From an uncultured Phycisphaeraceae bacterium (GTDB taxonomy: Bacteria; Planctomycetota; Phycisphaerae; UBA1845), in assembly GCA_964416845.1 (NCBI GenBank), contig CAYQFV010000002.1, positions 4,525 to 68,524 on the forward strand: DNA of 64,000 nucleotides, read 5' to 3'. The position numbers and the translations under genes are program-made. Positions 27,751 through 35,906 of this stretch are shown piece by piece. Within the stretch, counting starts at the first letter, position 1, and each line of letters opens with the position of its first letter. The notes under the pieces were generated by a model that had not been told where the DNA came from, made no database searches, and saw nothing but the letters and a program-made list of their open reading frames with translations.

Positions 27751-28998
27751 GTGAAGTTTCAAATCGACAACGAATACGATCAACTCGAAGCCGTCCTCGT
27801 GCACCGACCGGGGCTTGAAATTGAACGCCTGTCTCACGAGAACATGGGCCGATTCCTTTTCGAGGACATTCCCTACCTGCGACGCATGCAGGACGAACAC
27901 GACGCGTTCACCGAACGCATTCGCGAGCGTGGCGTCACGGTCGTGTACATCGAAGACCTGCTTCGCGACGTGCTCCGCGACGAACCTACGCGAGCGAATT
28001 TGATCGACCGGATCTGTCGCGCGGAAATGGTCCCTGCCATCGCAGAAGATCTGGTTCACCTGACATCCTGGGATATTGACGGTCTGACCGAGCTGCTGTT
28101 CGCCGGACTGACGGCCGAAGAATACCACGCAGCCACCGGGCACCGAGGCTCGGCGAAGACCGACGACGAGACGTTTCTGCTCGCCCCGATCCCCAACGCC
28201 TACTTCACCCGGGACCCAGCCGTCATCGTCCGCGACGCTGCCATCTCATGCAAGATGCACTATTCACAGCGCATCAGAGAAACCTACCTCATGCGAGCGG
28301 TCCTGGAGCATCACCCCGAATTCCGCGACAACGCCATCACGTATGGGGGCACGGATGAACCCACCGAAGACCGTCCGTACACGATCGAAGGGGGCGATGT
28401 CATCGTCCTGTCACCAGACGCCGTGCTGATCGGCGACAGCGAGCGCACGCGATCGGAAACCATCGAACTGCTGGCTGCCAAGTGTTTTCGATTCGGCCAC
28501 GTCCAGCGTGTGTACGAGATTCCCATCCCCGCGGAGCGGGCGTTCATGCACCTCGACACCGTGTTGACGATCATCGATCACGGCGTAGTACTTTGGTACC
28601 AGGAAGTCATGGAGCCGATACGCTACATCCACCGCTACGAGCCTTCCGATGATCCGCAGCACGATGGCGTCCGACGGATGCCCGATTCCCGATCCTTGCC
28701 GGAACTACTCCGCGACGAGTTCGATGGCGAGTTGACGCTAATTCCGACCGCAGGCGGGTCGGAGCACTTCGCGTCGCGCGAACAGCGTGCCGACGGAACC
28801 AACGCGCTTGCACTCGCACCGAAGGTCGTCATGACCTACGAACGCAACGAGCGCACCAACGCCGCGCTGGAAGCCCATGGCGTGATGTGCATCGGCGTGG
28901 ACGATTCCGAACTCGTTCGCGGTCTTGGCGGCCCGCGGTGCATGACCATGCCTTTGCGCCGACGAACGCTGTTGCCGTCGAAAGAAGCCACGACATAG
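27751..28998 (+). CDS. arcA: Arginine deiminase
   Basis: 415 aa with a GTG start. NEYDQLEAVLVHRPG, FLFEDIPYL, the FTRDP block (AYFTRDPAVIV), EGGDVIVL, HLDTVLT, and the C-terminal GGPRCMTMPL with the catalytic Cys. Confidence 0.9.
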   Translation: MKFQIDNEYDQLEAVLVHRPGLEIERLSHENMGRFLFEDIPYLRRMQDEHDAFTERIRERGVTVVYIEDLLRDVLRDEPTRANLIDRICRAEMVPAIAEDLVHLTSWDIDGLTELLFAGLTAEEYHAATGHRGSAKTDDETFLLAPIPNAYFTRDPAVIVRDAAISCKMHYSQRIRETYLMRAVLEHHPEFRDNAITYGGTDEPTEDRPYTIEGGDVIVLSPDAVLIGDSERTRSETIELLAAKCFRFGHVQRVYEIPIPAERAFMHLDTVLTIIDHGVVLWYQEVMEPIRYIHRYEPSDDPQHDGVRRMPDSRSLPELLRDEFDGELTLIPTAGGSEHFASREQRADGTNALALAPKVVMTYERNERTNAALEAHGVMCIGVDDSELVRGLGGPRCMTMPLRRRTLLPSKEATT

Positions 28999-29166
28999 GT
29001 ACACCCGCAGACCACAGACCCGAAACGTCCGAAAACATCGTGAACGAAGCGGGCACGCCTCGCCACGACAGTCTCCGTCGTTGACCTGCGGTGACTATTC
29101 TGGGATCATGGTTGTGATATCTACGGGAAGCAGAGGGGTTTGGGCACGCACCAGGGAGTAGTATCA

Positions 29167-29727
29167 ATGATAAAAGCCGGTGATCTTCGCAAGGGCAAGA
29201 CCATCATCTATGAAGATCAAATCTGCACGGTGCACCACGCCCAGCACGTCGCCAAGGGCAACAAGCGGAGCTACATGCAGACGAAGTTGAAGAATCTGGT
29301 CACGGGCGTGATTCAAGAGGTGCGGTTCCCCGTGGACGACCGCATCAAAGTGCCGTTCATGGAGTCGAGGAAATACGAATTCCTCTATCAGGACGGCAGC
29401 GGGTACGTCTTGATGGACTCGGAAACCTACGATCAAGTCACCGTTGCGGAAGACCTGTTCGGAGACGCCATCAGATTCCTCAAGCCCAACGAAGAAGTCA
29501 CCGCGCTCGTCAGCGACGGCCGAATGTTGGGAATCGAACTTCCCAACGTCGTCGAATTAGAAGTGACCGACGCACCTCCTGTGGTCAAGGGAGCCACCGT
29601 CACCAATCAGCCCAAAGAGGCAGTGCTCGAGACCGGCGCCCGCGTTCGCGTGCCTGGGTTCATCGACACCGGCGAGCGCGTCAGGATCGACACCCGCAGT
29701 GGCGACTACCTCGACCGCGCCAAGTAG
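29167..29727 (+). CDS. efp: Elongation factor P
   Basis: MIKAGDLRKGKTIIYEDQICTVHHAQHVAKGNKRSYMQTKLKNLVTG ... VELEVTDAPPVVKGATVTNQPKEAVLETGARVRVPGFIDTGERVRIDTRSGDYLDRAK. AGGGAG lies upstream of the ATG at 29167. Confidence 0.9.
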   Translation: MIKAGDLRKGKTIIYEDQICTVHHAQHVAKGNKRSYMQTKLKNLVTGVIQEVRFPVDDRIKVPFMESRKYEFLYQDGSGYVLMDSETYDQVTVAEDLFGDAIRFLKPNEEVTALVSDGRMLGIELPNVVELEVTDAPPVVKGATVTNQPKEAVLETGARVRVPGFIDTGERVRIDTRSGDYLDRAK

Positions 29728-29871
29728 GCAAGCTTCCGACAAGCACGTCACCCGTATGGCCTATCGCCACGCAACTCCTCCGTATCTTAACAACGCATCA
29801 CCACGACTTGGGCGTCCCGATCGACACGCCGGTCAGGAGTCGCATCGCTTCGCCAGCCACTCGCAATTCAA

Positions 29872-29892
29872 AGTGCCATAGCGTGGCACTCC
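29872..29892. repeat. Short hairpin AGTGCCA-N5-TGGCACTCC (copy 1)
   Basis: AGTGCCATAGCGTGGCACTCC has a 7-bp stem and a 5-nt loop. The same stem and 3' CC recur at 30371-30391. Confidence 0.6.
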
Positions 29893-30370
29893 ATCTGATG
29901 CCGTCATCGTCTTCGTTAACGATTGACGACGATTCGCGTCAACAATGCGCGAAAGACTCCGTCGACGCGCGCGATCAACAAGTTTTTTCAAATATTTTTT
30001 TTCGACCGACTCGATCAGCGCGCGTTCGTTTCGATGTCGGATTCACGCTGCCCCCGTCCGATGCCCACACCGGCGCGGCGGTAGCAATGCAACGGGTACA
30101 GGGTTTCACCAACACGCAGGCCGACGCGACACGGAGATGATCTCGCCAGTACGTCAGAACCGATCCACGGAACCGGTGTCGCGTTAACCGTTCGACTCGC
30201 GACAGCCCGAACCAATTCGTGGAAGCTCGTCACATTCGACGCGCCGCATCGTAACGTGGCCCTTTGCTGCCCGTAGGCATGCTAGAGGACATGTTGATAT
30301 CGCATGCCGACCGGAACTGTGCGATGGATGTTCGCTGCCGGCGCGAGACCAAGTCATCAATCAAGCGGAG

Positions 30371-30391
30371 AGTGCCACCCTATGGCACTCC
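30371..30391. repeat. Short hairpin AGTGCCA-N5-TGGCACTCC (copy 2)
   Basis: AGTGCCACCCTATGGCACTCC has the same stem as 29872-29892 in the same orientation, 499 nt downstream. Confidence 0.6.
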
Positions 30392-30564
30392 TGGAAAAAC
30401 TGCTGCTGAATCACAACGACAAGCCCGCCGACATCGAGTGTCATCTCGCCGCCGCGCATGTCCTGTACGAATGGGCACGACGTTGACAGCGCGACAGTGA
30501 ACGTCGTCGCGTCGCGTGCGCTGCGCAAGACGAACGGAATTGCGCTGCGAATCGAAAAAAGATT

Positions 30565-30592
30565 TTGACACGTCTTTCCCGACCGTTACCAT
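30565..30592 (+). promoter_or_regulatory. Candidate sigma-70-type promoter of the Lys-rich protein gene
   Basis: TTGACA (30565-30570), a 16-nt spacer, then TACCAT (30587-30592). It is followed by the strong SD AAAGGAGGTGA (30602-30612) and the ATG at 30619. Confidence 0.4.
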
Positions 30593-30618
30593 TCCGAACA
30601 GAAAGGAGGTGATAATCC

Positions 30619-30813
30619 ATGGCCAAGAAACGTAAAGCCGCCAAGAAGGCAAAGAAGAAAACTGCCAAGAAGGCGAAGAAGAAAGCCGTCAAGAAGGTAA
30701 AGAAGAAAGCCGTCAAGAAGGCAAAGAAGAAGACCGTCAAGAAGGCAAAGAAGAAAGCTGCCAAGAAGGCGAAGAAGAAAACCGCCAAAAAAGCCAAGAA
30801 GAAAAAACGCTAG
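30619..30813 (+). CDS. Histone H1-like Lys/Ala-repeat basic protein (putative nucleoid-associated)
   Basis: 64 aa: MAKKRKA + 7 x [AV]KK[AV]KKK[TAK] + R. It has a near-consensus SD and a candidate promoter. The composition parallels Hc1/Hc2, AlgP and BpH-type bacterial H1-like proteins. Confidence 0.7.
   Translation: MAKKRKAAKKAKKKTAKKAKKKAVKKVKKKAVKKAKKKTVKKAKKKAAKKAKKKTAKKAKKKKR
30640..30807 (+). repeat. Tandem 24-nt coding repeat (7 units)
   Basis: GCCAAGAAGGCAAAGAAGAAAACT-type units repeat head to tail and encode the octad AKKAKKKT and its variants. The periodicity is visible directly in the sequence. Confidence 0.9.
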
Positions 30814-31139
30814 CCCGAGCCAATAATGGCAAGGGCGACGGCGGCGATGCGATCCAAACATCGACTCACGCCACGGCAGTCGATGTGAATCGCACTAACC
30901 GATCGTCTTCTGTAAGACGATAACTCGCGGAATGGGGGGTGTCCTTCGCCACGGCGGCACCTCCCATTCCGCTTTATACCGACACGCCCGACCATCCCCG
31001 TACAACCGCCGATGCGCCGACCAGCATGCTTGAGGGAAACCGCCGCTTGTATCGCGGGCGTTCATCGCGTCGAATCAGAGTGGTCAAGCCACAGCAACGA
31101 ACGGAGGAACGTTGCGTACGTGGGGACAGGTCTGGAGGG

Positions 31140-32324
31140 TCATTTCGGTTTGCACAGTTTGCACGCCCGACGGCGAGCTTGCCGGGCTTGAAGCGCTGTC
31201 GAAAACGTCACGAGATTGTCTTCGTTGATTTTTCGAGCAAACGGGCAGTTTGGCTTGTGAAAGATGTTGGACCGTCGACTGCCGACGTACGCCACATCGC
31301 CAAGGAACGCCGCAGATCGGGATGACGTCAGGTCGTCATCCGATCGGGAACGGATCGCTTCGATGGTCGGCTCCCCCGCGGCTTGCCATGCACCACCGAT
31401 CAGGTTGGCTGCAAACACTGCGCACGATTCCAATCGTCGTACACAGATTTCTCCGCAGCGATCACCCATCGCCTTGTAGTAGTCAGCCTCATGTTCGGCA
31501 AACGACCGGCGATCACGAATCTTCAGCGCGGCGATGACCTGTCGGTCCGCGACTGCCATGTTGTCCAGCACTGCGTAGGCGTCTTCGATCCGACTGAAGG
31601 TCCGAGCCACCGGATCTCGCACCGGCTGATATCTGGACGTGTCGACCGCGATCGAGTTGGAGAACTCGGGAGCAAAATGTGCAAAGAGTCCAACACCCAC
31701 GCGCAGACGCACGGACGCATACGCGATCGTCGGGTGAACGCCCCGCGACGTCCCGAACGTAAGATTCCCAACACTCGCACCGCCGTTGTCACGGGACAAT
31801 CGAAATGGGTTGACCACATCGCCCGCAAAATGCGCAAGGTGCCCAGATCGTTCGATCACGTCACCCACGTCTCCGTGCTCAAACGCTTCCACGCAGAGTT
31901 GGAAGCATTCCTCAATCGCCCACGGCAACACGCCCGCAGGATTGTGACCGTGTCGCCGATACAATCTACCCGCACCCGCGCGATCCCTCGGAAAAGCTCG
32001 CAAGGCCTCAATACGATCCGATTGCGTGGGTGTCGCCGCCTCCAAATCGCCGGCGAAAAAATGCCACCCGTTTCGCCCGCGGCCGAACTTTTCATGAGGC
32101 CAATCGATGCCCGGCTGGAGGATCCGATCAAGAAACTCCGCGCTGTGTTTGCGGAACAGCGGCGCGATATCCGCCGGCAAGACGTCCAAGGATTTGATGC
32201 CGATGATCCGGTGCGCGGCATACGGTTGTTCGGCGGCGCTCGGCGCGGCCAACAACCACACCCCGAGCAGAAAGGCCGTCATGGGTGTTATCGTGGATCG
32301 CTGCATCGTCAATTCCGCCTGCAC
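31140..32324 (-). CDS. Hypothetical exported protein with C-terminal Cys/His zinc-ribbon-like (Ada/sunset-type) motif
   Basis: Signal-like N-terminus (MTAFLLGVWLLAAPSAAEQ). His-rich central region. C-terminus YVGSRRSNIFHKPNCPFARKINEDNLVTFSTALQARQARRRACKLCKPK. The main domain cannot be assigned to a family. Confidence 0.5.
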   Translation of the reverse strand: MQAELTMQRSTITPMTAFLLGVWLLAAPSAAEQPYAAHRIIGIKSLDVLPADIAPLFRKHSAEFLDRILQPGIDWPHEKFGRGRNGWHFFAGDLEAATPTQSDRIEALRAFPRDRAGAGRLYRRHGHNPAGVLPWAIEECFQLCVEAFEHGDVGDVIERSGHLAHFAGDVVNPFRLSRDNGGASVGNLTFGTSRGVHPTIAYASVRLRVGVGLFAHFAPEFSNSIAVDTSRYQPVRDPVARTFSRIEDAYAVLDNMAVADRQVIAALKIRDRRSFAEHEADYYKAMGDRCGEICVRRLESCAVFAANLIGGAWQAAGEPTIEAIRSRSDDDLTSSRSAAFLGDVAYVGSRRSNIFHKPNCPFARKINEDNLVTFSTALQARQARRRACKLCKPK

Positions 32325-32427
32325 CGCGCGCTGCGGCAGACCTCATCCATCGGAAAGACAGCAGTAACGCAAGACACCTTCGGAAGGCGGCTGGTCAAGA
32401 CGCGAACGACGCGGTGCGCTGCGGCGT

Positions 32428-33030
32428 TCAGCCGTTGGTGGGGGGATCGCCGGCTTCATTCCGGCGGACCGCCTCTGCCACGATCGCGTCGAGGATTCTG
32501 CGCGCCAATGCGGGGTCCGACCCGTCGTCAAGCCATCCGCTGTCTGATTCGCTGATTGGAGCCCCGGTGCGAGCCGCCGGAAGCGAGTCCCTGAAGAAAT
32601 GGTATGCCGCCGCCGAGCTGTTGAACTGCCGGTCGGGTGAACTGAACCGTTCTTTCTTGACGACGACCGAAACTGCTCGCTGGGCTGCTCCCGGGCTGGG
32701 GTCGACCGTCACGACGACGCGCCGGCGAATCAACCGCAGAGTTGCCTCCCAGAAGTCGTATCGCGTTGCGACGTCGTGTCGCCAAAACTCGAAAAAATGC
32801 TGACTTGTTACCGGAAAAGTAGTCAATCGGCCCGTGCGACGATTAACGCGGTCGAGCGGAAGGCGCTGTGCCCGAAGTACATCCTGGGCAGCGTCCCAAA
32901 CTTGCGGAAAACCCGCGGCGGTCGTTGTTTGGACCGGTTCGTTGGCCTTCCCAGTGTCGCGTCCCGCGTAGCGGCAACCGCAAACACACAATGACACGAT
33001 CAGTGGCAGGAACAATCGAGTGGCACCCAT
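32428..33030 (-). CDS. Hypothetical lipoprotein
   Basis: The ATG at 33030 gives MGATRLFLPLIVSLCVCGC with a lipobox-like LCVCGC. The upstream part of the track ORF (to 33258) lacks any signal. No family recognised. Confidence 0.45.
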   Translation of the reverse strand: MGATRLFLPLIVSLCVCGCRYAGRDTGKANEPVQTTTAAGFPQVWDAAQDVLRAQRLPLDRVNRRTGRLTTFPVTSQHFFEFWRHDVATRYDFWEATLRLIRRRVVVTVDPSPGAAQRAVSVVVKKERFSSPDRQFNSSAAAYHFFRDSLPAARTGAPISESDSGWLDDGSDPALARRILDAIVAEAVRRNEAGDPPTNG

Positions 33031-33309
33031 CTCTCCGGCGATCATAATCCGCCCGTTGCAGGGGTCAAGGCGACTGATTGTTGCATCCGCTGCGGAGACA
33101 CAACCCCCGGATTGCATCCTACTGTCGGCCGTCGCTGACGCGGAGCGATCGGTTTTCGAGACCGGGCACGATTCTAACGCAGGCTGTCGGGGCGAAGTTG
33201 TCGATGATTGCAATACGGCAACAACATGGTACAAAGACCGCACCATCGCTTCGGTCACTATCGGGGCTTTGGAATCACGGCGGAATCACTCGGGAGCAAC
33301 CATCCTGTC

Positions 33310-35505
33310 ATGCATTTCGGTCTCACGTTGCTGCTCACGATTGGGTTGATGCCGATCATTCAATCGGATCAGGCAGCCCTTCTCACATCGCAGCAGCAGC
33401 AAGAACTCGATCGTATTCTCCACGTCATCAACAGCGAGCAGAACGATGCTCAAACGCGCCGTTTCGGCGCGGAGAGCCTCCTCAAGTCAGAACTGCCGAC
33501 CCGCATCGAATCCACCGTGACGCTCCTGTCCAATTCCGTCGCTCCCGGAACACCGATGGCTGTCTGCGAGGCGATCGCCGCCATTGCCCGCCGTCAGCCG
33601 GAGCTGGTCGACGAACGCCTTGTACAACCACTGCTCGACTTGCTCGGCAATCAAGATGCCAAGCTATCCGCCGCCGCCGCGACGGCGCTCGCCGAATTTC
33701 GAGACCACGACGTTGCGGCCAAGCTCGGCGCTATCGCTTCGGACCAGCAGAAACCCATCGAAACACGACTTGCCGCCATTGACGCTCTTGCGCTCAACAT
33801 CGTGAGCCCATCGGCGGTCAGCCAGCTCATTGTCCTGACAACCGCCACCGATCAACGAATCGTGGAGCGCGTTCTGGAAGCTCTGCGGCCGGCATCACGA
33901 TTGGACTTTGGCAACGATGTCGAAGCTTGGCGGAACTGGTGGCGACAAAAAAGCGCGCTGAGCGAAGAGCGATGGCTTCGCGATCGTCTTGAGTTAGGCA
34001 TCGAACGCTTTGACGCGCTTCGCGAAAAATATCGCGCTCTTCAAACGTCCACGGAGGCAAGACAGCGGCTCGTCGCTCAGCGATTCAACGCCCTGTTGCG
34101 CACGATCTATCGGCTGACACCGCAGCAAGCGCAGAAGGAAGCCAAGCTCGCACAGTGGTTGTCCGATCCGGTTGCCGAGTATCGTCTTTGCGCGCTGGGT
34201 TTGATTCGAGAGCAGATTACCGAGGGTAATGCCCCCGCGCCACCCATTCGAGAGGCCGTGAAGAACGCTTTCACAGACGCGTCCGCCCGCGTTCGAATTG
34301 ACGCACTCGAAATCATCGGGAACCTCAAGGATCCGAACGACACGGCTGCCGTACTGAAACTGCTTCCCGGTGAGCGCGATGCAACCGTTCGCGAGACCAT
34401 CCTTCGCGTCTTGGGCAGGCTGGAAAACCCCGCAGCGTTGCCGGCCCTCGTTGAAGAGTTGGCAGACCCAACGACCGCTCCGGCGTGCGTTCGGCAGGCT
34501 GCTCAGTCCCTCGGAGCAATCGGCGCGCAGGGTAGGGTCGAGCCGGAGCGCATCGCGCCCGCCGTCGAACCCTTAAAAAAACGCTTTGAATCCGCCCCGG
34601 ACGGTGATCTCCGATTGAAAGAAGCCTTACTTGCGGCGATGGCGTCCATCGGCGACCCGGCCTTCACGTCCGATTTCGTGGACAACCTGTCGGTCGACGC
34701 ACCCGAACTGGTGCTGGCGGCCATTCGCGGCATCAAGACAGTCGGCGCCCGCGACCATCTCGACCGGCTCATCGCCCACCTGACGCACGTCGACCCACGC
34801 GTCCGCCAGCGGTCTGCTGAGGCGGTCGGCGTGCTCGGCGACCAAGCTGCCCTTGACGCTTTGTTCAATCGACTCAGCCCCAACGTGGAAAGCAATGAGG
34901 GCGTCCGCGACGCTGCGTGGGACGGTTTCCGCGCAATCCTCGCGCGCAGCCCCGCCGACGTTCGCCTTCAGTGGGCAAACCGTCTTTCGGAACTTCACGA
35001 TCGACAGGTCGCATTGCTCAATGAGCTCATCGACGCCTGGACGGCTGACGGGTCTGCCGCCCCCGAACTGGTACAGGCTCGCGAGCGCCTCGTCGACATT
35101 TACCTCGCCGACGGCAATTATGCGGACTGCATCAACCAGCTTCAGCAACTGCGTAAACAGTTCGTGAGTCAAGACGACCCGCGTGCCCAACTCGTCGAGC
35201 TCCAACTGGTGCGGGCCACTCTCGAGGCCGGGCGTCACGACCGAATCGTCGAACTCGTTCGCGACGTGGCCGCGGGTGAAGACGCGCAAGCACGCGCCAA
35301 GATTGCCGACACGATCGTCGGATACCTCGACGCTGCCATCGCCCGCGACCCGAATACGCAACTCTCCGCGCTGGTTGACCGGCTCGAAACACTTCCACCT
35401 GCACTGCTGACCGACGACTGGTCGGCGAGGCTGGCAGTCTTTCGCAAGCGAATCGCCGACGCACAAAACGCCACGACACCAGCCGGCGAACACCACACTC
35501 CCTAA
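33310..35505 (+). CDS. HEAT-repeat protein
   Basis: The ATG at 33310 gives a signal-like MHFGLTLLLTIGLMPII. Repeated HEAT/PBS-lyase units are present, e.g. ARVRIDALEIIGNLKDPNDTAAVLKLL, ATVRETILRVLGRLENPAALPALVEEL and DPRVRQRSAEAVGVLGDQAALDALFNRL. Confidence 0.7.
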   Translation: MHFGLTLLLTIGLMPIIQSDQAALLTSQQQQELDRILHVINSEQNDAQTRRFGAESLLKSELPTRIESTVTLLSNSVAPGTPMAVCEAIAAIARRQPELVDERLVQPLLDLLGNQDAKLSAAAATALAEFRDHDVAAKLGAIASDQQKPIETRLAAIDALALNIVSPSAVSQLIVLTTATDQRIVERVLEALRPASRLDFGNDVEAWRNWWRQKSALSEERWLRDRLELGIERFDALREKYRALQTSTEARQRLVAQRFNALLRTIYRLTPQQAQKEAKLAQWLSDPVAEYRLCALGLIREQITEGNAPAPPIREAVKNAFTDASARVRIDALEIIGNLKDPNDTAAVLKLLPGERDATVRETILRVLGRLENPAALPALVEELADPTTAPACVRQAAQSLGAIGAQGRVEPERIAPAVEPLKKRFESAPDGDLRLKEALLAAMASIGDPAFTSDFVDNLSVDAPELVLAAIRGIKTVGARDHLDRLIAHLTHVDPRVRQRSAEAVGVLGDQAALDALFNRLSPNVESNEGVRDAAWDGFRAILARSPADVRLQWANRLSELHDRQVALLNELIDAWTADGSAAPELVQARERLVDIYLADGNYADCINQLQQLRKQFVSQDDPRAQLVELQLVRATLEAGRHDRIVELVRDVAAGEDAQARAKIADTIVGYLDAAIARDPNTQLSALVDRLETLPPALLTDDWSARLAVFRKRIADAQNATTPAGEHHTP

Positions 35506-35906
35506 CCTTCCAGCACGCTTTTTGTTTCGGACGTCGTTCGCCCAGCACCTGCTGCGCATCGGGAACGTGTCGCGCCCGCCCCGATGCTGCGACCGATTGT
35601 GACAACCCCCACGCATGCACACCGTCCAGTAGTTATGTTTGGTCCGACAAGTATCGTCGTCCGACGTCCGCGCTCAGATTGAGAACGCCCATAGATGCAC
35701 GCCCCACGACCACGTCCACCGTCCACGCCCTAACGGTCGCCACGACGGCGCCCATCGGAACGGTTGGCACGATTACAACGTCTAGATCGCGCCGATAAGC
35801 ACGCCAACTCCTTGCCGCGACGTTCGTTAAGTGCCTTGCGGCATCCGACGATAGTCGACAGGGCATTGAAACCGACGACCAGTCACCGACAAACGGGAAA
35901 CGTTTG

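Noticed and set aside
29872-30391. TGGCAC in the twin hairpins (and in the family-A arms) as sigma-54 -24 elements or enhancer-binding-protein sites, given the sigma-54 activator at 58236-59735
   Set aside because: The spacing and downstream sequence do not give the TGGCAC-N5-TTGC(A/T) promoter form. The motifs are halves of palindromes. The activator gene is 28 kb away.
30640-30807. Regular 24-nt repeats that could be mistaken for a CRISPR-like array
   Set aside because: The units are contiguous with no spacers, are in frame, and encode the Lys/Ala octad repeat. This is not a CRISPR array, and no CRISPR array was seen anywhere in the window.
30441-30861. Minus-strand ORFs translating as FFFAFLAAFFF... 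and LLGFFGGFLLRLL... repeats
   Set aside because: They are reverse-complement readings of the AAG/AAA-rich Lys-repeat gene. The plus-strand ORF has the SD, promoter and a biologically sensible product.
31383-32555. 390-aa plus-strand ORF; similar cases at 38460-39572, 45526-46560, 53936-54907, 34627-35622 and 35633-36397
   Set aside because: Each is antisense to a gene with recognisable domains (exported Zn-ribbon protein, dapA, multiheme cytochrome, tsaD/larB, HEAT protein, response regulator). Their translations are Arg and Pro-rich with no motifs.
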